A stretch of DNA of 64,000 nt from Mobula hypostoma (taxonomy: Eukaryota): NCBI RefSeq assembly GCF_963921235.1, contig NC_086107.1, positions 102,736,001 to 102,800,000 on the forward strand, read 5' to 3'. Of the stretch, positions 51,311 through 64,000 are shown one piece after another. Both the position numbers and the translations under genes were made by a program. Under the pieces are notes generated by a model. That model had not been told where the DNA came from. It saw only the letters and a program-made list of their open reading frames with translations, and made no database searches. Position 1 is the first letter of the stretch, and every line of letters begins with the position of its first letter.

Positions 51311-53841
51311 TATAGGCCCCCTAGTAGCAGCAGAGATACCGAGGAGCAGATTGGGAGGCAGGTTTTGGAAAGGTGCAAAAATAACAGGGTTGTTATCATG
51401 GGTGACTTTAACTTCCCTAATATTGATTGGCACCTGATTAGTTCCAAGGGTTTACTAACGTTTGTAGATGGGGCAGAGTTTGTTAAGTGTGTCCAGGACG
51501 GATTCCTGTAACAGTATGTTTACAGGCCGACTAGGGGGAATGCCATACTAGATCTAGTATTAGGTAACGAACCGGGTCAGGTCACAGATGTCTCAGTGGA
51601 TGAGCATCTGGGGGACAGTGACCACTGCTCCCTGGCCTTTAGCATTATCATGGAAAGGGATAGAATCAGAGAGGACAGGAAATTTTTTAATTGGGGAAGG
51701 GCAAATTATGAGGCTATAAGGCTAGAACTTGCAGGTGTGAATTGGGATGATGTTTTTGCAGGGAAATGTACTATGGACATGTGGTCGATGTTTAGGTATC
51801 TCTTGCAGGATGTAAGGGATAAATTTGTCCCGGTGAGGAAGATAAAGAATGGTAGGGTGAAGGAACCATGGGTGACAAGTGAAGTGGAAAATCTAGTCAG
51901 GTGGAAGAAGGCAGCATACATGAGGTTTAGAAAGCAAGGATCAGATGGGTCTATTGAGGAATATAGGGTAGCAAGAAAGGAACTTAAGAAGGGGCTGAGG
52001 AGAGCAAGAAGGGGGCATGAGAAGGCCTTGGTGAGTAGGGTAAAGGAAAACCCCAAGGCATTCTTCAATTATGTGAAGAACAAAAGGATGACAGGAGTGA
52101 AGGTAGGACCGATTAGAGATAAGGGTGGGAAGATGTGCTTGGAGGCTGTGGAAGTGAGCGAGGTCCTCAATGAATACTTCTTTTCGGTATTCACCAATGA
52201 GAGGGAACTTGATGATGGTGAGGACAATATGAGTAAGGTTGATGTCCTGGAGCATGTTGATATTAAGGGAGAGGAGGTGTTGGAGTTGTTAAAATACATT
52301 AGGACAGATAAGTTCTCAGGGCCTGACAGAATATTCCCCAGGCTGCTGCACGAGGCGAGGGAAGAGATTGCTGAGCCTCTGGCTAGGATCTTTATGTCCT
52401 CGTTGTCCACGGGAATGGTACCAGAGGATTGGAGGGAGGCGAATGTTGTCCCCTTGTTCAAAAAAGGTAGTAGGGATAGTCCGGTTAATTATAGACTAAT
52501 GAGCTTTATGTCTGTGGTGGGAAAGCTGTTGGAAAAGATTCTTAGAGATAGGATCTATGGGCATTTAGAGAATCATGGTCTGATCAGGAACAGTCAGCAT
52601 GGCTTTGTGAAGGGCAGATCGTGTCCAACAAGCCTGATAGAGTCCTTTGAGGAGGTGACCAGGCATATAGATGTGGGTAGTGCAATGGATGTGATCGACA
52701 TGGATTTTAGTAAGGCATTTGACAAGGTTCCACACGGTAGGCTTATTCAGAAAGTCAGAAGGCATGGGATCCAGGGAAGTTTGGCCAGGTGGATTCAGAT
52801 TGGCTTGCCTGCAGAAGGCAGAGAGTTGTGGTGGAGGGAGTACTTTCAAATTGGGGGGTTGTGACTAGTGGTGTCCCACAAGGATCGGTTCTGGGGCCTC
52901 TACTTTTCGTGATTTTTATTAACGACCTGGATGTGGGGGTAGAGGGTGGGTTGGCAAGTTTGCAGACGGTTGGTGGTGTTGTAGATAATGTAGAGGATTG
53001 TCAAAGATCGCAGAGAGACATTGATAGGATGCAGAAGTGGGCTGAGAAGTGGCAGATGGAGTTCAACCCAGAGAAGTGTGAGGTAGTACACTTTGGAAGG
53101 ACAAACTCCAAGGCAGAGTACAAAGTAAATGGCAGGATACTTGGTATTGTGGAGGAGCAGAGGGATCTGGGGGTACATGTCCACAGATCCCTGAAAGTTG
53201 CCTGACAAGTAGATAGGATAGTTAAGAAAGCTTATGAGGTGTTAGCTTTCATAAGTCGAGGGATAGAGTTTAAGAGTCGCGAGGTAATGATGCAGCTCTA
53301 TTAAATTCTGGTTAGGCCACACTTGGAGTACTGTGTCCAGTTCTGGTCACCTCACTATAGGAAGGATGTGGAAGCATTGGAAAGGGTACAGAAGAGATTT
53401 ACCAGGATGCTGCCTGGTTTAGAGAGTATGGATTATGATCAGAGATTAAGGGAGCTAGGGCTTTACTCTGGAGAGAAGGAGGATGAGAGGAGACATGATA
53501 GAGGTATACAAGATATTAAGAGGAATAGATAGAGTGGATAGCCAGTGCCTCTTCCCCAGGGCACCACTGCTCAATACAAGAGGACATGGCTTTAAGGTAA
53601 AGGGTGGGAAGTTAAAGGGGGATAGTAGAGGAAGGTTTTTAACTCAGAGAGTGGTTGGTGCGTGGAATGCACTGCCTGAGTCAATGGTAGAGGCAGATAC
53701 ACTAGTGAAATTTAAGAGACTACTAGACAGGTACATGGAGGAATTTAAGGTGGGGGGTTATATGGGAGGCAGGGTTTAAGGGTCGGCACAACATTGTGGG
53801 TCAAAGGGCCTGTACTGTGCTGTACTATGCTATGTTCTATG
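51311..53841 (+). mobile_element. CR1 LINE ORF2 (APE endonuclease end + RT), 5'-truncated and disrupted
   Basis: YRPP, GDFN, SDH; PEDWREANVVPLFKKG, QHGF, DFSKAFDKV, GVPQGSVLGP (ORFs 51596-53779); ctatgttctatg tail. Confidence 0.95.
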
Positions 53842-54220
53842 TATGTTAATCAACAAAATAGTTGTAAGGCAAAAATCATACTTTAGAATCAGCTGGTGGT
53901 CAGTCAGAGCGTGAGCCTCTGTGAGTCAGTATTATTTGATGATGCATTTCAGAGTTTTGTGATTAAATATGGGTGACTGGTTCTGCATAGGTGGCTAAGT
54001 TGCAGCTCTTTGTTTGTAATCAAATACATGGATATTATCCACCCTCTTTTGGCTTGGAAAGGTAACAAAGGAAAGAATTATAAAGCTATAATTTTAAATA
54101 GAGATTCTGATCACCACTAGGAACTAAGTAGATCATGTTCTGGCTGGCTCACTGTTTCCTGCATATTCCCATCTCTTTCCTTAGATCTTCCATTTTGTCA
54201 GGGGTAGTAATCCTCATTAT

Positions 54221-54444
54221 CAGGGGTTCCCAACCTTTTTTGCATAGCGGACCAGTTTAATATTGACAATATTCTTGCGGAATGGCTGGGGGGTGGGGGG
54301 GTGTTCCAGTTCAACAGTGCGTGACAGGGAATGAGAAAAGATGAAGCTGACTCATATCGCCAAATCATATCGTTTTCTCGTGGCCCAGTAGCACATGCTT
54401 TGCAGCCCGGTACCAGTCCGCGGCCTGGTAGTTGGGGACCGCTG
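54221..54444. mobile_element. hAT (Charlie-like) MITE, 224 bp
   Basis: TIRs caggggttcccaac / gttggggaccgctg; perfect 8-bp TSD ctcattat. Confidence 0.9.
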
Positions 54445-55480
54445 CTCATTATCATCATCATCATGTACTGTGTTGTATGACATAGGCAATAATGGTCATG
54501 GTCATGGTCCTGGCAAATTTTTCTCCAGAAGTGGTTTGCCATTGTCTTCTTCTGGGCAGTGTCTTCACAAGACAGGTGACGCCATCCATTATCAACACTC
54601 TTCAGAGATTGTCTGCTTGGCATCAGTGGTCACGTAATCAGGACTTGTGATTATGCACCTAATGCTCAAATGACCATCCACTACCTGCTCTCATGGCTTC
54701 ACATGACCCTGATTGGGGTGGTGGAGGTGGCTTTGCAGGTGTTACACCTTGCCAAAAGGTGTCCTGCAGGCTTGCAGTGGGAAGGAGTACCTTACACCTC
54801 CTTCAGTAGAAATGTATCTCCACCCCAACACCGAATAATTCTACTCTGATGAATGTCTTTACCCACGGTGTCGATCTTCAAGCCTAATCTATTGATATTA
54901 AGTCATTGCTGAGTTATGGTTTTGTAGAATGCAGGATTTTATAGCTAGTCATTATTTCTATCTAAAGTTATCATGTGCACATAGATGTTCTTCATTCCTG
55001 AAACGTCGACTGTTTACTCTTTTCCATAGATGCTGCCTGGCCTGCTGAGTTCCTCCAGCATTTTATGTGTGTTGCTTGAATTTCTTCAGTTTTCCGTTTC
55101 CTAGCCCTGAATTGTGAAGTGGTAGTTTTTTTTTTAGTTACATTTGAACAAACTGGCGTAGAGTAAAGATCACCTGATCTTCTAGATTTTGCTCAGTTGG
55201 CATTTGGGTCATCAGAGAGAAATCAACTTTTGGACTGATGTTTATTGTGTTTTGTCCTTAATGATGTTATACTCAATCATAAATGGCCTGCTTGCTCTTT
55301 CATTTAGTTGCTTCTAGCCCACAACCTTTTTGACAATGTGAGACTCCTTCTATAAGATTAATTGTTGGGATGAATAACTATAAAATCTCGTGTGTAAGTA
55401 ACATCTCACACTTATTTAATGTTCAATTAAGTGTCTAGTATATGTTCTTAATTAAACCTCTACCTGATCCTAGTTGGATC

Positions 55481-56438
55481 AATAGACAATAGGTGTAGGA
55501 GCAGGCCATTCGGCCCTTCGAGCCAGCACCGTCATTCACTGTGATCAAGGCTGATCATCCACAATCAGTATCCCATTCCTGCCTTCTCCCCATATCCCTT
55601 GACTTCACTATCTTTAAGAGCTCTATCTAACTCTTTCTTGAAAGCTTCCAGAGAATTAGCCTCCACTGCCTTCTGAGGCAGAGCATTCCACAGATCCACA
55701 ACTCTCTGGATGAAAAAGTTTTTGCTCAACTCCGTTCTAAATGGCTTGCCCCTAATTCTTAAACTGTGGACTCTGGTTCTGGACTCCCCCAACATGGGAA
55801 ACATGTTTCCTGCCTCTGGCGTGTCCAATCCCTTAATAATCTTATATGTTTCAATCAGATCCCCTCTCATCCTTCTAAATTCCAGTGTATACAAGCCCAG
55901 TCACTCCAGTCTTTCAACATATGACAGTCCCGCCATCCCAGGAATTAACCTCATGAGCCTGTGCTGCACTCCCTCAATAGCAAGAATGTCCTTCCTCAAA
56001 TTTGGAGACCAAAACTGCACACAATACTCCAGGTGTGGTCTCACCAGGGCCCTGTACAATTGCAGAAGGACCTCTTTGCTCCTATACTCAATTCCCCTTG
56101 TTATGAAGGCCAACATGCCATTAGCTTTCTTCACTGCCTGCTGTACCTGCATGCTTACTTTCAGAGACTGATGAACAAGGACACTTAGATCTCATTGTAC
56201 TTCCTCTTTTCCTAGCTTGACACCATTCAGATAATAAACTGCCTTCCTGTTCTTGCCACCAAAAGTGGATAACCTTACAGTTATCCACATTAGACTGCAT
56301 CTGCCATACATCTGCCCACTCACCCAACCTGTCCAAATCACCCTGCAGTCTCATGATATCCTCCTCACATTTCACACTGCCACCCAGCTTTGTGTCATCT
56401 GCAAATTTGCTAATGTTACTTTTAATCCCTTCATCTAA
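55481..56438 (-). mobile_element. CR1 LINE 3' fragment
   Basis: SKFADDTKLGG; LYRALVRPHLEYCVQFWSP; RGDLIETYKI. Confidence 0.93.
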
Positions 56439-59329
56439 ATGGTCCAACCCATTCAAGGTCACATCTTTGCCTGTATGCTCCTACCTAGTTTCCTTCTGAC
56501 ATCTGCAAAGAGCGCTACCACAAGAAAGCAGCATCCATCATCAGAGACCCCCCCCCCTCAACCCCCACCATCCAGGTCATGCTCCCTTCTCACTACGACT
56601 ATTGGGCAGGAGGTACCAGAGGATTAGGTCCCACATCACCAAGTTCAGGTACAGTTATTGCCCTACACTCCTGAACCAATGTGGATAACTTCACTCACCT
56701 CAACTCTGAACTGATTCCACAACCTGCAGACCCACTTTCAGACTCTACAATTCATGTTCTCAGTATTTTTTATTGCACAATTTGTTTTCTTTTGCATGTT
56801 GGTTGTTTGTCAATCTTTGTTTATATATAGTTTTTTTCCCATAAATTCTATTGTATTTCTTTATTTTCCTGTAAATGCCTGCAAGAAAATGGATCTTGCA
56901 TGGGTGGTAAATGGTGACATATAGGTACTTTGATAATAACATCACTCTGACTTGACTTTGAACTCTGGCATCACTGTTCACTGCCTCCTCGGTGATTGTC
57001 CTGTTCTAAGTCTATAATCTGGTTCCCCACCACGCTCTTTCTCATTCTATTTTACCTCTTGAACTTTTGAAAGTTTCCTCAAAGTTCTCTTCCAACCCTG
57101 ACCCCAGACTCACTCTGTTTGTTGTCTTTCACCATCCCCTCTTGCTTCGTCTACTGACACGACTTGCTACCATTCTCGGGATTTTGAATCTGCTTCTTTA
57201 CATAGTGGCTGATGATATCGAGGCTGTATTTGTACCTCGTGCATATTCAGTAATTTGCACTGGATCGCTGTGAGGCTTTTTCAAATTGTCAGTTGGTGAT
57301 AGTGAACCAAAAATTCACAGGGTGGATTATTTTTAGCTGACAGGAAGGCGACAGTAACTCAACTGTGTGTCTGAAGCCTAAGCTGTCTGATTCTTGTTTC
57401 AAACTGATTATTTCTGGACAGGACTTCATCTGGACAAAGAACTGAATGTCCAAACTTTGTCAGCTGAAGTTTCTAGACAGGGAACAAAAGTAAGAAATAA
57501 AGAGATACGTACAATGGCCTTTATTAGGCACCTCCAGCATCTAATAATGTGGCCAGTGAGTGTGTGTTTGTGATCTTCTCTTCCATAGCCCATCCACTTC
57601 AGGTTCGATGTGTTGTGTATTCAGATATGCTCTTCTGCACACCACTGTTGTGCGGTTGGGCAGTCGCCTTCCTGTCAGCCTGAACCAGTCGTCATTCTCC
57701 TTTTGACCTCTCTCATTAACAAGGCATTTTTGCTCGATGGCTTTTGTTTCTCGCGCTGTTCTCTGTAAACTGTAGAGACTGTTGTGTACGGAAATCACAG
57801 GAGGTCAGCAGTTTCTAGGATACTCAAACCACCCCGTCTGGCACCAACAATCATTCCACACTAGAAGTCACTTAGATCACATCTCTTCCCCACTCTGATG
57901 TTAGGTCTGAACAACAACTGAACCTCTTGACCATGTCTGCATGCTTTTATTCATTGAGTTGCTGCCACCGGATTTGCTGATTAAACATTTGTATTAACGA
58001 GCAAGTGCACCTAATACAGTGGCCACTGAGTGTATGTCCTGCATTTAACACTATCTTTTTATAATGAATTTATGAAGACTCCCAACCTCAGGTTATTCAA
58101 TAAATAAAGGGGGAAAAGGCTCGATTGTAGCATCGTCTGCGTAAAGGTGAGTTGTTGAGCTTTCTTGTCCTCTCCTTGCTTTGATTGTTTTCAGTGCCGA
58201 GCATGTGGGGGGGGGGTGGTATGAGAAGGAGGGCGTGACTTCAAACCACAAAATCCTGCAGAGAGTTAACCCAAAGGAAATTAAATTATAACATGGCAAA
58301 GACTCGTGATTGTTTGTCTCATCATCTCTGCAGGCTCCACCTTGTAATTTTTGAAAGCATGCACAATGAAAACCTCAACCTCTTTTATTCCTGCCTCCCT
58401 CCACAATAGATCTCCACCACTGACATTCGATCTCTTTGTCAATGCTCGTTTGAAAATTAAAATCACACACTGAAGGGAGACGGGGATGATGGCAACAGGA
58501 GAATTGTTGAGAATTGCAGTTCTATTCTTTCTGTGGTGCCCTTTTTTTTAAAGAGTATTTGCATTTAGCTTCTTTTTCCATTCAGTAAAATTACTATGGA
58601 TTCATAAAACACAGAAATATTCAAAGCAAAAAAATGCTGGAGGAGGAACATCTATGGAAATGAGTAGGTAGTCGATGTTTCAGGCCTAGGCCCTTCTTCA
58701 AGACTGAAAAGGAAGGGGGGAAGATGCTGGAGTGAAAAGGTGTGGGGGAGGGGAAGGTGCAGAAATATTCCTTCAGCCCGCTGACTCTGTGTCAACCCCA
58801 TCAAGAACTCATTTTATATCCCTACCATCTTACTCTCCCCACCCTTCTTTCCTTCAACCCCCTCAGATACGAAACAGGGTCAGTTTTACAGCGGCCAGTT
58901 AACCTACCAGCCTTCAGGTCTTTGGGATGTGGGAGGAAACAGGAACACTTGGGAAATCCGTGCAGTCACAGGGAGAACGTGCCAACTCCACAGCACCGGA
59001 GGTCAGGATCGAACTTGCATTACTAAAGCCCTACCAGTTCTGCCACAGTGCCTGATGACTCCATGAATTAGCAGCAGCATTTAGTTAGCCATGTAGATCT
59101 GGGTGTGAAAGAGCACTAATGTTCCTGGCAGCCTTTGAAGCTGTTCCCACTATTGCATATGAACCCCAATCCTGCATCTTAACTCCACTTTCCTGTCTAA
59201 TCTCTTAAGTGTTTCCCAACTGGACTCGGTGACTGAGCATTGAATAGTGAATTCCATCTATCTTGTCCCAGGCGTAGATTTAAATCTCAGGCCGTGGTAG
59301 GAATAGTTCTGGGTCTGTTTTCCTCTAAG

Positions 59330-61770
59330 ATTAGTAAACAGTTCCAGTACCTTCAAGTCTGGTGATAGAACAGCTCTGAGAGCAGCTAGGAGAAAGCTCA
59401 TCTTAGGCATCAAGAGGGCAAAGGCCGCCTACACACAAAAAAATGTTTACGAACACCTGTCTGATAACAATCCCAGCATACGTGGCTGGGTTTCTAGGGC
59501 GTACTGACTGCAAGGGAAAACAGTATCGACTACCAGTGACGCCTCCTTCCCTGATGCTCTAAGCAATTCTTATGCACGCTTCAAGGCATGCAACACGACG
59601 CCAGCTATGAAAGCTACCCCCTCCCAGGTGAGCAGCCACTGTCTGTAACACAGAACTAAATTACTACTGCCCGGGGGCACTGACACCAAGTATCATGAAA
59701 TGCTTTGAAAGGCTGATAATGGCACAAATCAAAAATTCTATTCCTGCCACACTGGACACTCAGAGTCAGAATCATACTTTATTGATCCCGGGGGAAATTG
59801 GTTTTTGTTACAGTTGCACCATAAATAGTTAAATAGTAATATGTAAATTATGCCAGGAAATAAGTCCAGGACCAGCCTATTGGCTCAGGGTGTCTGACCC
59901 CCCAAGGGAGGAGTTGTAAAGTTTGATGGCCACAGGCAGGAATGACTTCCTATGACGCTCTGTGTTACATCTCGGTGGAATGAGTCTCTGGCTGAATGTA
60001 CTCCTGTGCCCACCCAGTACATTATGTAGTTGATGGGAGACATTGTCCAAGATGGCATGCAACTTGGACAGCATCCTCTTTTCAGACACCACTGTCAGAG
60101 AGTTCAGTTCCATCCCCACAACATCACTGGCCTTACGAATGAGTTTGTTGATTCTGTTGGTGTCTGCTACCCTCAGCCTGCTGCCCCAGCACACAACAGC
60201 AAACATGATAGCACTGGCCACCACAGACTCGTAAAACATCCTCAGCATCATCTGGCAGATGTTAAAGGACCTCAGTCTCCTCAGGAAATAGAGATGGCTC
60301 TGACCTTCCTTGTAGACAGCCTCAGTGTTCTTTGACCAGTCCAGTTTATTGACAATTCGTATCCCCAGGTATTTGTAATCCTCCACCATGTCCACACTGA
60401 CCCCCTGGATGGAAACAGGGGTCACCGGTACCTTAGCTCTCTTCAGGTCTACCACCAGCTCCTTAGACTTTTTCACATTAAGCTGTAGATAATTCTGCTC
60501 ACACCATGTGACAAAGTACCAATGTATTTACCAACAGAACCGCTCTACGACAGATTCCACAGCACTTGTCATGCACCTGGCCCTGACACACAGTGGAAAC
60601 AAGGGCACTCATGTCAGAATGCTGTTTCTGGATTTCAGTTCGGCATTCAGCACTATTGTCCCACACAATAGTGAATAAACTCCTACTCCTCAGTCTAAAT
60701 ACACCGCTGTGCAACTGGACTTGCTAACAAACAGACGCCTGATAGACGGATACAAAACCACTCCTCCCTCCCCATCATCCTCGACATGGGTCCCCCCCCC
60801 AGGACTGGGTGCTGAGCCCACTGCTGTACACTCTGCTCACATATAACTGTACAGCCAAACACCTGAGTTATCTTATCGTCAAGTTCACTGATGACATGAC
60901 AGTGGTGGGGCTCATCGCCATCAACGATGGGATGGCCTACAGAGAGGAGGTGGAAAAGCTCAAGGCCTGGGGTCAGGCAAATAATCTCTGACAAGACGAA
61001 GGAGATGATCATTGAGTTGAGGAGAACTCGTACCACTCACACACCCCCAATTTACATCGGTGGCAGAGCAGTGGAAACTGCAAGCAGTTTCAGACTCCCG
61101 GGAGTGCAGATCATACACAACCTCTCATGGTCCCAGAACGCATCCTGCACTGTCAAGAAGCTCATCAGTGCTTCTACTGCTTTCTGAAGAGAGCTGGACT
61201 TTGCACATCCATACTCACATCATTGTACAGACACCCAACAGCGAACATCCTGACAAGCTGCCTCACTGCCTGGTGGGGAAGTTGCGCTGCAGCGGACAGG
61301 AAGTTCTCTACAACGGGTAATCATCACTGGCACCCCCTTACCTTCCATCAAGGACACTTATACGGGAAGGTGCCCGAAAAGGGCTAGTAACATCATGAGG
61401 GATCCCACCCACCCTCCCACTCTCATCAGGGAGGAGGCTACATAGCATCCACACCAGGACCACCAGACTCAAAACCAGTTACTTCCTCTAAAACAGTAAG
61501 GCTGATCAACACCTCCACCCTCTAACTTCACCGCTACTTTATTATTTCCCATCAGCCACCTTATGTACATTCTAGCATCACTTTATGGACGTATAATCAA
61601 TCAATTTATATATCTTATTATATACTCTAAGATAGCTTATAGTGTATAGGCTAGCTTATGTATTTATATTTATTGTGTTTTTTTTGTGCTTCATCTGATC
61701 TGGAGTAAGTTATTTCCTTCTCTTTACATTTGTGTGCAGGAAATGACATTAAACAATCTTGATTAATCTG
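59330..61770 (+). mobile_element. Old Rex1/Babar LINE, interrupted
   Basis: MLFLDFSSAFST, LSPLLYTL, KFTDD remnants. Confidence 0.8.
59765..60510 (-). mobile_element. Younger Rex1/Babar-like 3' fragment nested in the above
   Basis: ORF 59877-60476: KELVVD...YKYLG...LYFLRRLRSF. Confidence 0.9.
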
Positions 61771-62541
61771 ACCCTGATGATCTGCATAGTATATGCCCAG
61801 GTGGGTGGGAAAGGTAAAGGGCTGGAGAGGAAGGAATCTGATTGACACCTGGCCTCACCTATCACCTTCTAGCTATCCTCCTTCCCCTCACCCCACCTTG
61901 TTTTCCTGGCGTCCTCCCCCTTCCTTTCCAGTCCTGATGAAGCGTCTTGGCCCGAAACAGTGACTGTTTATTCATTTCCAAAGATGCTGCCTGATCTGCT
62001 GAGCTCCTCCAGCATTTTGTGTGTGCTGCTCTGGGGCTTCAGCGTGGGCAAGGCTGCACGGTGTTAAGCAGTCACTTCTGTGGGGTCTGCTTACTTTCAA
62101 GAGAAGTTGATTAGATCGCTGAGATTACCTTTCTAAAAGGAATTAATTATTGATTTTAAGTCTGAAAATTGAGGTTTTCAATCTTGTGCTTGCATGTGAC
62201 CAGGAGCCAGTGTTGTCACTTTGATCGCCTCGCTGGGCCGCTCAGCCTTGCGGCTTTCAGCTTACACAACACACGGAAAGCTGGAAGAACTCAGTGGGTC
62301 AGGCAGCATCTACGGAGGGAAAAGAACAGTCAGCGTTTCGAGTCCATGACCCAAAAGGTTGACCGTCCATTTCTCCCAGTAGATGCTGTCTGACTTGCTG
62401 AGTAGCTCCAGTGCTTTGTGTGTAGCTCAAGATTCCTACATCTTGTGCCTCTGGCTTACGGCTTCAATTTTGGGCAGCAGAGGAGAAGATGGTGGCGCGA
62501 TGGCAGCGCGCGGCCTCTCTGGTGAATGATATTTGTAATCT

Positions 62542-63454
62542 CACATCAAAGTTGCTGGTGAAAGCAGCAGGCCAGGCAGCATCTACAAGAAGAGTTTCAG
62601 TCGACATTTTGGGCCGAGACCCTTCGTCAGGACTAACTGAAGGAAGAGTTAGTAAGAGATTTGAAAGTGGGAGGGGGAGGGGGAGATCCAAAATGATAGG
62701 AGAAGACAGGAGGGGGAGGGATGGAGCCAAGAGTTGGACAGGTGATTGCCAAAGGGGGTATGAGAGGATCATGGGACAGGAGATCCAGGGAGAAAGACGG
62801 GGGGGGGCGGGGGAAACAGAGGATGGGCAAGGGGTATAGTCAGAGGGACAGAGGGAGAAAAAGGAGAGTGAGAGAAAGAATGTATGTATAAAAATAAATA
62901 ATGGATGGGGTACTAGCGGGAGATGGGGCATTAGCGGAAGTTAGAGAAGTCGATGTTCATGCCATCAGGTTGGAGGCTACCCAGACGGCATATAAGATGT
63001 TGTTCCTCCAACCTGAGTGTGGCTTCATCTTTACAGTAGAGGAGGCCATGGATGGACATATCAGAATGGGAATGGGTCGTGGAATTAAAACGTGTGACCA
63101 CTGGGAGATTCTGCTTTCTTTGGCGGACAGAGCGTAGGTGTTCAGCAAAGCGGTCTCCCAGTCTACGTCGGGACTCGCCAATATATAGAAGGCCACATCC
63201 CCTTTGCCAATCATCTGTCCAACTCTTGGCTCCATCCCTCCCCCTCCTGTCTTCTCCTATCATTTTGGATCTCCCCCTCCCCCTCTCACTTTCAAATCTC
63301 TTACTAACTCTTCCTTCAGTTAGTCCTGACGAAGGGTCTCGGCCTGAAACGTCGACTGAAACTCTTCCAATAGATGTTGCCTGGCCTGCTGCATTTACCA
63401 GCAACTTTGATGTGTGTTGCTTGAATTTCCAGCATCTGCAGAATTCCTGTTGTT
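62542..63454. mobile_element. Penelope-like insertion with inverted structure
   Basis: Minus arm 62542-63198 (GIY-YIG end + 3' region) joined to plus arm 63199-63454; 14-bp TSD gatatttgtaatct (62528-62541, 63457-63470). Confidence 0.92.
63322..63357 (+). ncRNA. Minimal hammerhead ribozyme motif, intact
   Basis: agtc CTGACGA agggtctcggcct GAAA cgtc gact. Confidence 0.85.
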
Positions 63455-64000
63455 ACGATATTTGTAATCTGTCAAGTAGGGGACCGTGCACAATTCTGAT
63501 TTGATGGAGACAGATGTGAGAGTACAGAGGAACATCTGGAAAACTTATGAAATGCCCGTTTTGCTGCCGCTGCTACTGGGTGGTGACCAGAATCTCCGGA
63601 GCAGGGGGCCCCGAATCCTCGGCTTTGCTTGTTTCAGCGGCCGGAGCTAGGTCGAAGGTGCTCGGCAGAGAATCGCGCTCGGGAGGCTGTATTGGAGAGG
63701 CTGGTCGGAAGCTCGAAGTTTTCGGACGGATGGACTCAGTGTTGGCTGTGGTCGGCTGCTTCCAAGGCATCGGCAAGTTGACAGTGCCTGGAGGCTTATG
63801 GCAGGGAGTTTCTCCCTTTTGCCGCCTGCTATTAGGGACTTGGGAGTTGATCGACTCAGGGACTTTGAGACTTTTTTTTACCGTGCCCATGGTTTGTTCT
63901 TCATCAAATTATTGTATTGCTTTGCACTGCTGTAACTATATGTTATAATTATGTGGTTCTGTCAGTGTTAGTCTTTGGTTTGTCCTGTTTTCTGTGATAT

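Larger units (their letters stand above)
62478..64000 (+). mobile_element. Non-autonomous LINE-dependent element hosting the inverted Penelope; runs off the window
   Basis: CpG-rich head gaagatggtggcgcg; T-rich 3' part; no RT ORF. Confidence 0.55.

Overview
Eukaryotic, vertebrate-type DNA made almost entirely of transposable elements. The mix of CR1, Rex1/Babar, RTE, Penelope-like and V-SINE elements suggests a fish, probably cartilaginous (inference). No host protein could be recognised, and nearly all track ORFs are TE fragments or their antisense. Main contents: two near-identical 5'-truncated Penelope-like elements (RT + GIY-YIG), an inverted Penelope copy, and about ten short tail copies, each with a minimal hammerhead ribozyme motif. 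Also present are many CR1 and Rex1 LINE fragments, an RLE-type LINE end, two solo LTRs with TSDs, non-autonomous RTE and Rex1-tail elements, hAT and Tc1 MITEs, a 28S rRNA fragment, three minisatellites, and a CpG-island promoter with possible minus-strand exons. Most notable: (1) a Penelope tail copy whose 9 differences from its siblings are all A-to-G on the RNA strand, an ADAR-like signature; (2) two Penelope insertions at the same site of one repeat family; (3) a 9x33-bp reiteration exactly at a Penelope 5' junction; (4) HDV-like folds at the exact 5' ends of short RTE derivatives. All comparisons were made by eye, and family names come from motif recognition, not database searches.
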